Part shown: positions 52,359 through 63,491 of the stretch, one piece after another
Position numbering within the stretch: position 1 is the stretch's first letter
Layout of the letters: every line of letters starts with the position of its first letter
Source of the DNA: Candidatus Poribacteria bacterium
Lineage (GTDB): Bacteria; Poribacteria; WGA-4E; WGA-3G
DNA: 64,000 nt
Reading direction: 5' to 3'
Assembly: GCA_965205025.1 (NCBI GenBank)
Contig: CBDBFU010000003.1
Location: forward strand, 64,001-128,000
Notes under the pieces: generated by a model
The model's input: only the letters and a program-made list of their open reading frames with translations
Database searches by the model: none
Told to the model about the DNA's origin: nothing
Position numbers and translations under genes: made by a program

Positions 52359-52367
52359 CTATAGTAG

Positions 52368-53831
52368 ATGTGTGTAACACACAACCAGGCACGACGTGAT
52401 GACCAAATGAATCGTATTATTAAAAACACGTCCTCCCTTTTGAGTGCCCATATAATTGGCGGTCTTGCTTCGCTCGTAATCACAGTCTGGTTGATGCCTC
52501 GTTTCTTTACTGAGAAAGCGCAAGGTGGCTATTTTGTTGCTATTGCACTCACGAATCTCATAGCAAGTTTAACAGAACTCGGTATGCAGAATCCCTTGAT
52601 AAGGGAGATGACACTACATCGTGAACAAACACGACACTACCTGGGCAATGCACTTCTTGTTCGTCTCCTGTTGTCAGTGTTCGCGTATGCACTTATGATT
52701 GTTGTCGGTATATCTCTCGGGTATAGCACAATAATCGTTATGATGATTGTCTATTTAGGTTTAGCAGCGATAGTGAATTCTATTGCTCAACTTTATCGGT
52801 GTGTATTTCGCGCACATGAACAGATGAAATATGAAGGACTAACAGTGATTGCTGAACGTGGAATATTCTTTCTGGTTGGTGGGGCATTAATTCTACGAGG
52901 TTATGATCTTCTTAATGTCTGTCAAGTATGGTTAATTGCGAGTGGAATTAACCTATTTATGAGTATAGGTTTTACCAAATACCGTTTTACACCGCTTCGT
53001 TTTGAACCGAATCGACAACTTGTAACCGTTCTGATGCAACAGGCATTACCTTTTGCAATTGGAAATTTATTTAATCTACTCTACTTCCGAGTAGATGCAA
53101 TTATACTATCGAAACTAAGTCCTTATGGTGTAGATGCGAATACATGGTACGGTTTACCCTATACGTTTGTAAATGCCTTCACAATTATTTTACCGGGAGC
53201 ATTTATGATGGGAGCGATGTTTCCAGTACTCTCTCGTGCTTATGAGCAGGAACGAGATAAGTTGGGAGAAGCATATACGTTTGGTGTGCGATGGATGACG
53301 ATTACAGGTGTACCGTTAGCGGTCGGATTGGCAACGCTCTCTCATGAAATTTCTGCCCTACTGTTTGCAACCAAATCTATTGATACCATAGAGAAAATCG
53401 CTGCTGCATTGCAATTGTTAGGTATATCGGGTGGAATGATCTTTCTGACAAGTGTAGTATTGACAGTATTGCGTGCAGCAGATAAACGTCGTGCTTTTTC
53501 AACTCTCATGGGAACAACAGCACTCTTAAACATAGTATTGAATGTATATTTGATTCCACGGTACAGTCATGTGGGTGCAGCAGTAGCTATGGTTGTTAGT
53601 GAAGCTTATGTGCTTATAGTAGGATTTTGTTATATCTCTAAATACATTACCAAACTTACAACCACAGGTTTTATATATAAAACTATCGTAATCTCTGCAC
53701 TTATGGGGATAGGTGTGGTAATGCTAAAAGGAGTATTCCCAGTTTGGATTCTAATTCCGTTGGCTGTGCTATTTTATGGAGGTGGGATATATCTTTTAGG
53801 TGAATTTCGGGCAGAGTTTGAGTTTGAATAG
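52368..53831 (+). CDS. Wzx-like polysaccharide flippase (start possibly at MNRIIKN)
   Basis: ~14 TM helices; ELGMQ..LIRE, YFRVDAIIL, MFPVLSR, LIPRYSHVGAA. Confidence 0.88.
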   Translation: MCVTHNQARRDDQMNRIIKNTSSLLSAHIIGGLASLVITVWLMPRFFTEKAQGGYFVAIALTNLIASLTELGMQNPLIREMTLHREQTRHYLGNALLVRLLLSVFAYALMIVVGISLGYSTIIVMMIVYLGLAAIVNSIAQLYRCVFRAHEQMKYEGLTVIAERGIFFLVGGALILRGYDLLNVCQVWLIASGINLFMSIGFTKYRFTPLRFEPNRQLVTVLMQQALPFAIGNLFNLLYFRVDAIILSKLSPYGVDANTWYGLPYTFVNAFTIILPGAFMMGAMFPVLSRAYEQERDKLGEAYTFGVRWMTITGVPLAVGLATLSHEISALLFATKSIDTIEKIAAALQLLGISGGMIFLTSVVLTVLRAADKRRAFSTLMGTTALLNIVLNVYLIPRYSHVGAAVAMVVSEAYVLIVGFCYISKYITKLTTTGFIYKTIVISALMGIGVVMLKGVFPVWILIPLAVLFYGGGIYLLGEFRAEFEFE

Positions 53832-53859
53832 AATGTGTTTCTTCAAGTGATTTGGGAAT

Positions 53860-54014
53860 CTATTACGCAGTTTCCTTTCCTCCAGCATCTGATGATGAAG
53901 CAACATGAGTTGGGATGCTTGCAGGGTTTCTAATGCGTATGTTTTACCATTGAGATCAATAAACTCAACCTCAAATGCATTTTCCTCGTATTCTTCTACA
54001 ATTGTGCCTACCTG
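53860..54014 (-). pseudogene. DUF4926 C-terminal fragment
   Basis: QVGTIVEEYEENAFEVEFIDLNGKTYALETL. Confidence 0.7.
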
Positions 54015-54148
54015 ATGGATATAAACATCTTTACCATAATCTCGTTGTAGTTCCTTTTCACGACGATCTAAGTCATTAGTAATCCCGTATCGGATTATTT
54101 CGCTGCCTTTTTTAGATGGTATTTATAGGTGTTTTCGCTTTGGCTCAA
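54015..54148 (-). pseudogene. N-terminal fragment of a small GIY-YIG-like protein
   Basis: GGAG RBS, TTG start, SQSENTYKYHLKKGSEIIRYGITNDLDRREKE. Confidence 0.5.
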
Positions 54149-54164
54149 TGGGCACTCCTCTCGC

Positions 54165-54439
54165 TTTAATTTTTTAGGTAAGCATTCATCAATCAGAATG
54201 TGCATAGGCTTGTGTGAGTAGCATTTCCTTTGCTAATTCCAATGCCTTTATTGCTTGCATATGGCTAACAGAAGGGAAATCGTCCAAGAATTTCTATAAA
54301 CTGTCACCTGCTTCCAAATAGTCAATCAGGTTTTTGATGGGACACGCGTATTCTTAAAAACCGGTGTACCACTCATAATTCTTGGATTACACGTGATTAT
54401 CTCGTGAAATACCCGCATTGTTTCTTTAGTCAATTCCAT
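54165..54439 (-). pseudogene. DUF433 antitoxin pseudogene (54189-54439) plus truncated DUF5615 PIN-toxin start (54205 downward)
   Basis: ITCNPRIMSGTPVFKNTRVP/fs/NLIDYLEAGDSL*KFLDDFPSV; MHILIDECLPKK. Confidence 0.75.
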
Positions 54440-54604
54440 GGTTTAATTCTCCGTTTAAATAATATTGACGATAGTTAGGATACCACGAAAACTCAATAAT
54501 TAGCAAATTTACCTTATGGGTTGTGTAGTTTTCTCGTATTTAGAATCCAGTTGTTAAACACTGATGTTGTTAGAAATGAATCTTGGGGAGATACAGTTAT
54601 ATTT

Positions 54605-55879
54605 CTAATGAGAATATATACTCTGCAACATTTCAAAATATTTGGGAAATGTCTTACTAACACATTCAGGATCATTGATCCAGATTCCTGGAATTTTCAA
54701 ACCAATAAGCGAAAATGCCATTGCCACACGATGATCACTATAGGTGTCAATTGCTGCAGGGGTAATAGCTGAAGGCATAATATCAAGTCCATCTTGGTGT
54801 TCATCTACCGATACCCCTAACTTCCTAAGTTCGGTAACCATCGCATGAATCCGATCAGTTTCCTGCCATCGGGTATGTTCAATATTTCGGATGCGAACTT
54901 TACCGTCGGCAAAAGGGGCAATTGCCGCCAAGGTTAATGAGGTATCCGATATATCCTTCATATCAACATTAATACCTTTTAACTTTTCCGGTCCGTTTAC
55001 TGTAATACCTCTTTCAGAAACAGACACCTGACATCCCATCTGTTCTAAGACATGCACAAATTGAATATCACCTTGTGCAGAATCTGTGGATAGATGCTTT
55101 ACCGTAACATGTCCACCCGTGATTGCAGCGGCAGCAAAAAAGTAGGATGCACTGGAAGCATCAGGTTCAATATGGTAAGGTCGAGGTTGATACTGTTGTC
55201 CACCAGGAATGTGGAAATGTTGATAGTTTTTGTTGATAACTTGTGCACCGAACGCCTCCATAACTGCTATCGTGATGTCAATATAGGGTGTTTTGAGATT
55301 TCCAATAACTTCTATATCCATCCCTTTTTTAGCATAAGGGGCACTCAGCATCAAAGACGTTAAAAATTGACTGCTTTTACTTGTATCAAGAGTGGTTTTA
55401 CCCCCTTTAAGTCCATTTGCTTTAACAGTAACAGGGAGATAGCCATTTTCATATTGTGAATGTGCCGAGACACCAAGCTGCTGTAAGGCATCTAATAAAT
55501 CTGATATAGGACGACCCTGACGCATTGGTTCATCACCATCAATAACAAACTCACCATGTCCGAGAGAAATATAGCTGATTATGGATCGGGTAGTTGTCCC
55601 AGAATTGCCAACATAAAGTTCTGCTTTCTTAACAGGTATATTTCCACCATTTCCAGTGACGTAAAAGGTGGCTTGTTCTGAATCTTCAGTAATATCCACC
55701 CCCAGTTTTCGGAGAGCATTGCACATATAGTACGTATCATCGCTAAAGAGTGCACCTGTTAATGTAGAATCGCCTTGTGCCAGAGCAGCAACTAACAGGG
55801 CACGGTTGGTAAAACTTTTGGAACCAGGAACTTCTATTTCTACGTTGGGAGGGTCGTGAATCGGTTGTATTTCAATCAT
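54605..55879 (-). CDS. aroA: 3-phosphoshikimate 1-carboxyvinyltransferase
   Basis: PGSKSFTNR, GNSGT, SSQF, EPDASSASYF, ETDR, SDHRVAM, VSKTFP. Confidence 0.96.
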   Translation of the reverse strand: MIEIQPIHDPPNVEIEVPGSKSFTNRALLVAALAQGDSTLTGALFSDDTYYMCNALRKLGVDITEDSEQATFYVTGNGGNIPVKKAELYVGNSGTTTRSIISYISLGHGEFVIDGDEPMRQGRPISDLLDALQQLGVSAHSQYENGYLPVTVKANGLKGGKTTLDTSKSSQFLTSLMLSAPYAKKGMDIEVIGNLKTPYIDITIAVMEAFGAQVINKNYQHFHIPGGQQYQPRPYHIEPDASSASYFFAAAAITGGHVTVKHLSTDSAQGDIQFVHVLEQMGCQVSVSERGITVNGPEKLKGINVDMKDISDTSLTLAAIAPFADGKVRIRNIEHTRWQETDRIHAMVTELRKLGVSVDEHQDGLDIMPSAITPAAIDTYSDHRVAMAFSLIGLKIPGIWINDPECVSKTFPKYFEMLQSIYSH

Positions 55880-55884
55880 GTCGC

Positions 55885-56785
55885 TTAGGACAGGAGTCCT
55901 AATTCGGTCAGCAATTCCCTAAGTTCTGCTTTAGCAGTTTCATCTAAGGGTAGCAACGGACTTGTTGTATATGCATTACAGACTCCTAAAATCTCCAAGC
56001 ATGCTTTCATACCACTTACACCTTGTCCGTAGGTATACATTTTACTGAGTCTAATCATCCAATTTTGAAGTCGATTAACCTCATCAAGGTCGCGTGCTTT
56101 TGCTGCGTTGTAGAGTGCTACAGATTCCTTCGGTGCAACATTGGCAATTGAGATAACTCCCCCATCTGCACCAAATAACAATGCAGGCAGCTAAGGCGAA
56201 ATGTGAACCAAGCATAATGGTGAAGTCGTCCCGGTCACCCAACAATGCAATTAGATTTATACTATTTGCCCAATCACCGGAACTATCTTTAATACCAACA
56301 ATATTGTCACAATCATCTGCAAGTTGAACCACTATTTGAGGTTTTATCGCAGTCTTGACAGTTGATGGGATGTTGTAGATGAGTACGGGGAGTTCTGTAC
56401 TTGCAGCAACTTCCTGATAGAACTGGATGATGTCAGCATCATCAGTAGAGGGGTAGTAATAACCGGGGGTTGCAGCGACAGCCTCAACTTCATATTGCTC
56501 CACAAGTTGGATGTTCTGTATCACACGTTGTGTACTTGTATCCATGACACAACAGATTATAGGGATACGTCCAGCGACAGTCTTAGTGGCAATATCTAAC
56601 GCTCGTTCACGTTCTGCATTTGTTAAAGTCGTAAATTCACCAGAAGATCCTAATAGATAAATTCCGTGAACTCCGTTTTCTATCAAGCGATTGAGTTGTC
56701 TTATAAATCCTGCTTCATCAACACGTTCTTTTTCATCAAGTGGTGTAACTGTCGGAGTAAAAATTCCCTCATAACGGATATTCAT
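55885..56785 (-). CDS. Dihydrodipicolinate synthase family aldolase (frameshift near 56185)
   Basis: TVTP, LGSSGEF, IYNIP, GIKDSSG, GADGGVISIANV. Confidence 0.88.
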
Positions 56786-56982
56786 TATTTTCCTCTTTAT
56801 GTATCCCTAAGTTATACTGATTTCAGTTTAGCAAAGCCTATTTTAAATGTCAATAACTTCTAAATGTGGTAATATAGACGGCGAAACTACCTAAATCTTG
56901 ACAATTCACACATAAAATCTACGGTAGTCATATATAATGGTCTGATGTTTAGAGAAACTACGAATCGAAGGTCGAACAGAAA

Positions 56983-58771
56983 ATGAATATTCGAACACAA
57001 CTGACACTTAGTTACATAGGTATCGTGTTGCTGGTATTATTTGCGATATACTTAATTCTTGAGGTAACGCTTAAGGGATTGCTCAGTAATCGTATTACTA
57101 ATGAATTAGAAATTCAGGCATCGCTTACCAGAGAATTCTTAATTGAGGAACTTCCACAAAAGAGAATTTTACTTATGGGGTCATTGATGGTTTGATCGAT
57201 AGAATCGGTGAAGCAGGAAATGTACGATTAACCTTCATTGATCACACTGGAGTTGTTTGGGGTGATACTGAGAGAGACGGAGACTCATTGGTTGAAATGA
57301 ATAATCACTTGGATCGTCCTGAGATTCAGCAAGCAATCAAAAATGGCAGCGGTATGGCAAATCGAAAAAGTGCCACAACCCAGACTAACTTCCGATACTT
57401 CGCGCTACCCATAGAACAGCATGGAAATTTGATTGGATTTTCACGCGTAGCAATGCCGATGGAAACAGTGAATAACTCGCTTAGTAAAATCCAACATCCC
57501 CTTTTATTAGTGAGTATCGCAGGTTCTATTCTGGTCATCATTATTACAGTCTTTACGACCGGTGCGATTGTCAAACCCATTAAGAAGTTAACGCAGATGA
57601 CACAGTCCGTTGCAACAGGTGAAATGACTACTCCTGTCGAAGTTAATTCTGCAAATGAATTAGGACATCTCTCTCGAAATTTCAACATTATGACAGATAG
57701 AGTGCAGACGCAGATTGATAGAATATCATTAGAGAACCAACGTTTAGAAACTATCTTAAACAGTATGAGTGAAGGTGTGCTATTGGTTAATGGTCCATCT
57801 GAAATAACCTATGCAAATCCAGCAGCTATTACCATGTTGAATCTTCCAAAAAATTATGTGGGGAGAGCCCTAATTGAAATTAACCGTATTCCTCAACTTC
57901 AAGCATTAGTTCGAAATGCAGAGAAAACACAGGAACTCGCTTTCTCCGAAATTCGTCTTGCCAATCTTAACGAATCGGAAGCAGAGGTTACAGTCGTTCC
58001 TGTTGCATCACAAAATGAATATGTGATCGTTATCCATGATGTTAGTAAACTACGGAGATTGGAACGTATCCGAGCAGATTTTGTCGCAAATGTCTCCCAT
58101 GAACTACGAACTCCTCTCACTACAATTCATGGATACGCTGAAACACTATTGACTAATGGTAATACAAAAACTAAAAAGCGGAAAGAATTTCTCGTGAAGA
58201 TCTTAAAACACTCTGAACGTCTTTCACGTTTAGTTTCTGATCTGCTGGAATTGGCGCGGCTTGAAACAGGGGAGGTGGAATTGAAACTAACACAATGCCA
58301 CCTAAAGGAATTCCATGAACAGGTTTTGGATGTGTTTGAACCGGTGTTAGAGGAATCTGGGGTAACTCTCGAATGGGAGATACCAGAAGATCTCCCACAG
58401 ATTAACGTTGATAGTCAACTTTTTATGCAGGTATTTGTGAATCTGATTGATAATGCAATTAAATACACACCTGACGGTGGTGTGATTACGGTTTCTGCAG
58501 AACCGAGTAGGACAAACTCTGATGCTGTCAACGAAGTTGTCGTACATATTCAGGATACTGGCATTGGAATTCCATCAGAGTCACAACCGCGTGTTTTTGA
58601 ACGGTTTTATCGTGTTGATAAAGGAAGAGAACGGAAAATGGGAGGAACTGGTTTGGATTGGCTATTACTAAACATATCTTGTTATGCCACAAGGGACGTA
58701 TATGGTTGGAAAGTGAATTGGGGCAAGGGACAGTGTTTCACTTCGCAGTGCCGATTGGTATACCAACCTAA
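56983..58771 (+). CDS. phoR: PhoR-like HAMP-PAS sensor histidine kinase (frameshifts near 57165 and 58655)
   Basis: NHLDRPEI, DFVANVSHELRTPLT, NLIDNAIKY, FERFYRVDKGR..GGTGL, then LAITKHI..ESELGQGTVF in the shifted frame. Confidence 0.8.
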
Positions 58772-59435
58772 ATTTGCCACTTCTGTTCTGTCCATGCCAT
58801 CTCCCAAAACATGTATTCGTACCGGCTACTCATCAGAAAATTGTGCTGAATTCTTTCTTTTTCTGTAGTACTACTTTCAGTTGTAATTTTGTTTAACAAA
58901 CCCCTCAGCCATTCACCTAAAGCATGAAAATCAGGAGAAGCATACATATCTATCCACTCTTGATAAAGCGGGTCAGGTGAACCTCCTTGTTTGGAAAGTG
59001 TCGTGCCGATTTCTGCATAACCCCATTGACAGGGTAATACACCTGCTATAACGTCTGCTAATGTCCCAGTTTGTGCTACTTGGAGCAGATGACGGGTATA
59101 AGCATGTGTGGTTGGTGCCATAGGAGCTGCTTCCATTTCTTCGGGAGAGATGCTAAATTTCTCACAGTATCCGCGATGTAAGTCCATTTCGGTGTTCAAT
59201 GTTTCGTTTAGTAAATTAGCAAAAAGTGCCATTGTTGATTCGTCAGGAGCCTTTATAACTCCATACGCGAAGACCCGACTATAATCTAATAAAAAAAGAT
59301 AATCCTGAATTAAATAGAACTTGAACTTTTCTTTAGGCAGACTTCCATCTGCCATTCCTCGTACGAATGGATGTTGAGATCTGCTTCCCAAATAGGGGCA
59401 GCGTATTGCCTGAGTTCATCTGTGAATTTTGCCAT
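58768..59435 (-). CDS. tenA: Thiaminase II TenA (frameshift near 59380)
   Basis: MAKFTDELR..IWE, HPFVRG, YLIQDYLFL, LPCQWGY, WIDMYAS, YEYMFWEMA. Confidence 0.9.
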
Positions 59436-59514
59436 TTGTGTCACATAGTCCCTTGATTATAAATTAGAATGTATATACTATTCATAATACCTTAAATACA
59501 TTGAGGATGTCAAA

Positions 59515-60423
59515 ATGTTTGAAAAACTTGGAATTGTCACGAATATCTGGGCAAAAGAAATAGAAAATGGTGCACGTTTTAGTGATTTGATGGTGGAATT
59601 CGGTGAAAATGGATTTAAAAATATGGAAGTACGTGAAGGAGATTACCTACGCAATTCTGAATTTGGACAATTGATTGATAGATTAGAAGATGTGATGATG
59701 AAATACACCGATTCAGAATTCAAGACTATTTGTCATACAGTATGGGATTGTGTTTGTGAGCAGAAAGACTATGATACGAACTATACCGAACATCCTAAAC
59801 TGTTTAATGAGGTGGTCGGTTTTGCTCAGAAAGCAATCGAATTGACACTTAGTTATGCCATGTCTCATCCATGGTTGTCGGAACCTGATGATCTTGAAAC
59901 GGACACACAACAAATTGTAATCGCTAAGAAAATAGCGTATATGCTGTGTCCATCAGGCGCAAGATTACGTCTCGTAGATTTGGATACTGAAGGAGAAATT
60001 GATGAAAACGCTGCAATAGCAAATATTAAACGGTATACTTCCATATTATCAGATTATCCAATGACTTTTGCCGTGGAAAATGCGCGTCAGTCTGCATCGT
60101 TGACCCTAAAGTTAGCTGTGGCAGGAGGTGCAAAACTTACTTATGACGAGACAAACACTTACCGTCCTGATGGGACAACTCTAAATACACCTGGTGAATT
60201 TTGGGGACGCGTGAAGATGGACGATCTTACATCGGTACATTTTAAGCAGAAAACAGAAGAGGGTGTGTTATCAGAGGTAGGGGATGGATATGTAGATTTT
60301 AGAGTAATAAAAAAGCATCTAAAATCTGGGAATTATACGGGTGATCTGTTGCTTGAAAATACGGCTACTACACACTCTTTAATCGATGCAATAAACAGTA
60401 GGGAATACCTGCTTGGATGTTAA
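59515..60423 (+). CDS. Xylose-isomerase-like TIM barrel protein
   Basis: AVEN, TYDETN, VHFKQ, GDGYVDF, LLEN. Confidence 0.7.
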   Translation: MFEKLGIVTNIWAKEIENGARFSDLMVEFGENGFKNMEVREGDYLRNSEFGQLIDRLEDVMMKYTDSEFKTICHTVWDCVCEQKDYDTNYTEHPKLFNEVVGFAQKAIELTLSYAMSHPWLSEPDDLETDTQQIVIAKKIAYMLCPSGARLRLVDLDTEGEIDENAAIANIKRYTSILSDYPMTFAVENARQSASLTLKLAVAGGAKLTYDETNTYRPDGTTLNTPGEFWGRVKMDDLTSVHFKQKTEEGVLSEVGDGYVDFRVIKKHLKSGNYTGDLLLENTATTHSLIDAINSREYLLGC

Positions 60424-60434
60424 GGAGGTAAGAT

Positions 60435-61778
60435 CTAACCCAACAATGAAGCTACGAGTGCTTCCATCGCTTGGGTTGTACCGACGTCAGGAAGAGATGA
60501 CATTGCTGCCCACGTTTCATATCCACCTTGTTCTGTTAATGCTTCGTCTGTGCAGATGTAACCAATATATCCGTTTGCCAAACTAACAAGAAACAGAGGT
60601 CTTGCATCGGATTCTGATTTGATGTTTATTCCTGTCTCAACGAATACTTCTCCGGGTAGAGCAACAATTGCAGCTTCACCAAGTCGTAGGACTTGTACCG
60701 GGGACGTTAGTTCTTCCGGGAGGGTTGCTAAACGTTGGCATTCGAGAGCGTAAACATCAACAAGAGCATTTGGAATTGGTTGTCCGACAACCCAACTAAA
60801 CGGTCCAGTTTCGTATTCATCATAAGTTCCCGGTTCAACAGCTAATATCTTTTCTGCTACGGTTAAATCGTCATCTGTAATTGGTTTCCGTGGGAACGTT
60901 AATGTTTCCAGTTTTCCACTAAGTTGTAGGGTATCATGCATCTGCATGAACTGCATCTCGGTGATGAAATGTCCTGCAATGACATTTGCCATTTTCACCG
61001 CTTGTTTATGTCCACCCGCTGTCCATCTCGTTTTTCCACTAAAGTCTATATTATTGATTTGTCCTGATGCCGCATTCCAAAGGAGAGATATACAAGATTC
61101 ACCTAAATATCGTCGCATCAATCGATCAAAGTGACCAAAGTAGTCTGCAGAAATAGCACTTCCGTTGTCTGTGCCAATGTAGTGAAGTGAAAAGTTAGCA
61201 ACTGCTGAAATGGGTGTACTATCTTCAGCTTCAACATATAACATTCCTATTTCTGGATCAATTGGACCGATAGGTTTCATAAGATCAGGATTTTCAACCC
61301 CAGGATTCATACGGACAGTGCCGTCCTTCATGTGCCATCGTCGGTTGAAAGTAATTCGATCTTCATTAACACTTGAAAAACCAACACGAGCAGGTTTTAA
61401 ACGTATTACTGCTAACTCAACAGCATCTGCAATTTTCAGTGGAACCCAATCAGTGTAATATGTATCTTCATCAACACCCAGTAAGTTAGCCACAGCCACA
61501 GCAGTGTGTGTATGTGTTGCGTTTACCATGACATGTTCAGGAGGAATGTTGCATCGATCTGCTATACGTTGTTTTGCCTGATCAACCATCTCTTCTGTTA
61601 CTGCGATCAAATCACAGGTAACCATGGCAATTCGTGTGGATTCGTTCTCAACAACGAGTGCCTTCGCAAACAGTTCATCATCAATGTTCTGTGCATATCG
61701 TGGACGAAATCCACCGGGAATTGCTGTTCCGAGTGGAGGAGTGATATTTGATGTTGCGGATCCGGCTATGATAGACAT
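60435..61778 (-). CDS. Neutral/alkaline ceramidase-like hydrolase
   Basis: ITPPLG, ATHTH, FNRR, NFSLH, ISADY, LPGEVF, ANGYIGY, GGYE. Confidence 0.8.
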   Translation of the reverse strand: MSIIAGSATSNITPPLGTAIPGGFRPRYAQNIDDELFAKALVVENESTRIAMVTCDLIAVTEEMVDQAKQRIADRCNIPPEHVMVNATHTHTAVAVANLLGVDEDTYYTDWVPLKIADAVELAVIRLKPARVGFSSVNEDRITFNRRWHMKDGTVRMNPGVENPDLMKPIGPIDPEIGMLYVEAEDSTPISAVANFSLHYIGTDNGSAISADYFGHFDRLMRRYLGESCISLLWNAASGQINNIDFSGKTRWTAGGHKQAVKMANVIAGHFITEMQFMQMHDTLQLSGKLETLTFPRKPITDDDLTVAEKILAVEPGTYDEYETGPFSWVVGQPIPNALVDVYALECQRLATLPEELTSPVQVLRLGEAAIVALPGEVFVETGINIKSESDARPLFLVSLANGYIGYICTDEALTEQGGYETWAAMSSLPDVGTTQAMEALVASLLG

Positions 61779-61792
61779 ATTCTTATTATAAG

Positions 61793-62650
61793 TTAAAAAG
61801 GTGCAGTTTTTAATTCGGTATCGTCAGTTTTTGATTCCTCTTGATTATTGTCAGAATCATATAGAGTTTCGGCTTCCTGCAGTTCCTCGGAGGATGGGAC
61901 CTCACTTTCATCCTTTGCAGTTGTTAATTGCTTCACCCGTTTACATAAATCATCAAATAGTGTTGGATTCGTTTCAGCAGCCTTAAATTCAGCAGAAAGT
62001 TGTGTCCACTGTTGTTCGGATATATCATTTTTGGACTCTACACTGCATTTGCATTTCATATAGTTCCATAGGTCGGCTTTACTAACACCCGCCTTTTCGA
62101 GTTGTTCAGACAATTGATTAGCAATAGCGAAAGTGGCTTTCTGGGCATTAGAGATGTTATCACCGGACTGTAATTTTTCTGGTTGCTTTGTGTTACCACC
62201 ACCTGCTTTACGATTCAGGTAGAAGTTCAATACTTCTCTTATCACAGGAACAGGTAATAACTGTTTAATAGCATTTCGCTGTGCTTTATGAATTGCTTTT
62301 GGAAACGCGTACGGATCTGGACGACTCCCATTCATTTTTGCTTGTTCACACGCACCCCATCGAGACGATCCCGTTATAGTATCTACAGCCTTGACAGTAG
62401 CAATCCATGAGTTATCAAGTTCTTCATATTCTATTTCTTCTACTTGTATACCGCCTCTTCTGTTCGCAGCTTCGTTAATACCTGCTAACGTTAACCCTTC
62501 AACAACGCGTCCTCCTTGTTTGAAAGAGTAAACGTAATCCTGAATTGTCTGTCCAGTCATTAGTTCAACGATCGTTTGATCGTCAACTTGATCCACAACT
62601 TCGAATTCCGCTGAAACCGGAACTATTTCTTCCTTCTTTTCTTCAGACAT
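61793..62650 (-). CDS. Hypothetical protein; N-terminus resembles single-strand annealing (Rad52/Erf-like) folds
   Basis: EGLTLAGINEA..ATVKAVD..G.CEQ..KAIHKAQRNAIKQLLP; GGAGG RBS. Confidence 0.45.
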   Translation of the reverse strand: MSEEKKEEIVPVSAEFEVVDQVDDQTIVELMTGQTIQDYVYSFKQGGRVVEGLTLAGINEAANRRGGIQVEEIEYEELDNSWIATVKAVDTITGSSRWGACEQAKMNGSRPDPYAFPKAIHKAQRNAIKQLLPVPVIREVLNFYLNRKAGGGNTKQPEKLQSGDNISNAQKATFAIANQLSEQLEKAGVSKADLWNYMKCKCSVESKNDISEQQWTQLSAEFKAAETNPTLFDDLCKRVKQLTTAKDESEVPSSEELQEAETLYDSDNNQEESKTDDTELKTAPF

Positions 62651-63491
62651 AAATGCCTCCGAATCTTATATTATATATAATACTACTTACTAATCATAAC
62701 ACTTTTTTCATTATACTTCAAGTGGTTGTAGGTGTGTAAAATCTATGGCAATAACAAAATTTTAACCAGACAGATCAAACATTTTTATAAAATATCATAA
62801 AAAATATGAAGAAAACACCTATCTCTAACAACTAACATACATAAATCACAAAAACAAATAAATACATTTAATATATTTGTCATAATGACAATAATAGTAT
62901 ATAATACTATATCGTTCAATATTTGTAAACAAAAAAACTAAAAACTAAAACTAATGACTATTTATAAAAACGATCCTAATAACGAAATTTCATTTACGTC
63001 AAAAAATGCGCATCTTTTGACGGTAGAAAATGTCAAAATCAGGAAGAACAACAAAGACACAAAATCACACATTTTCGAAATTCTTATAAATCAAGTTCAA
63101 ACTGAAATAAAGTCAGTCTATAACAGGGGTTACAGGGGTAATTTACACCAATTTCAATGTCACACCGTGTGACAAAAAGTGTAACTTTTTTCATTTTTTC
63201 GACACATAGAGAATTGCAATAACAACTGGGTAAACTGTCTGAGTATTTAGGATTAAATGTCTATTTTTATACCCTAATTTTTGTCTGTATATTAGGATTA
63301 AATGTCTGTTTTTGTACCATTTTAACATTCAGAAATATCAGGTATTGAAGAGTATTCTCAGGACAAATATATGTCCATTATATACAAACCATAACAATGA
63401 GATAATGTTACAATCTACCGACCTGAGAACTTGAAGTGACCATTTATTTTTGATATAATAAACCGAATTCATTATTGGAATACTACCACTT

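Noticed and set aside
56875-56940. c-di-GMP-I riboswitch or Pho box upstream of phoR
   Set aside because: The first GEMM stem is missing and the Pho-box repeat is too weak; more likely plain promoter sequence (ttgaca present).
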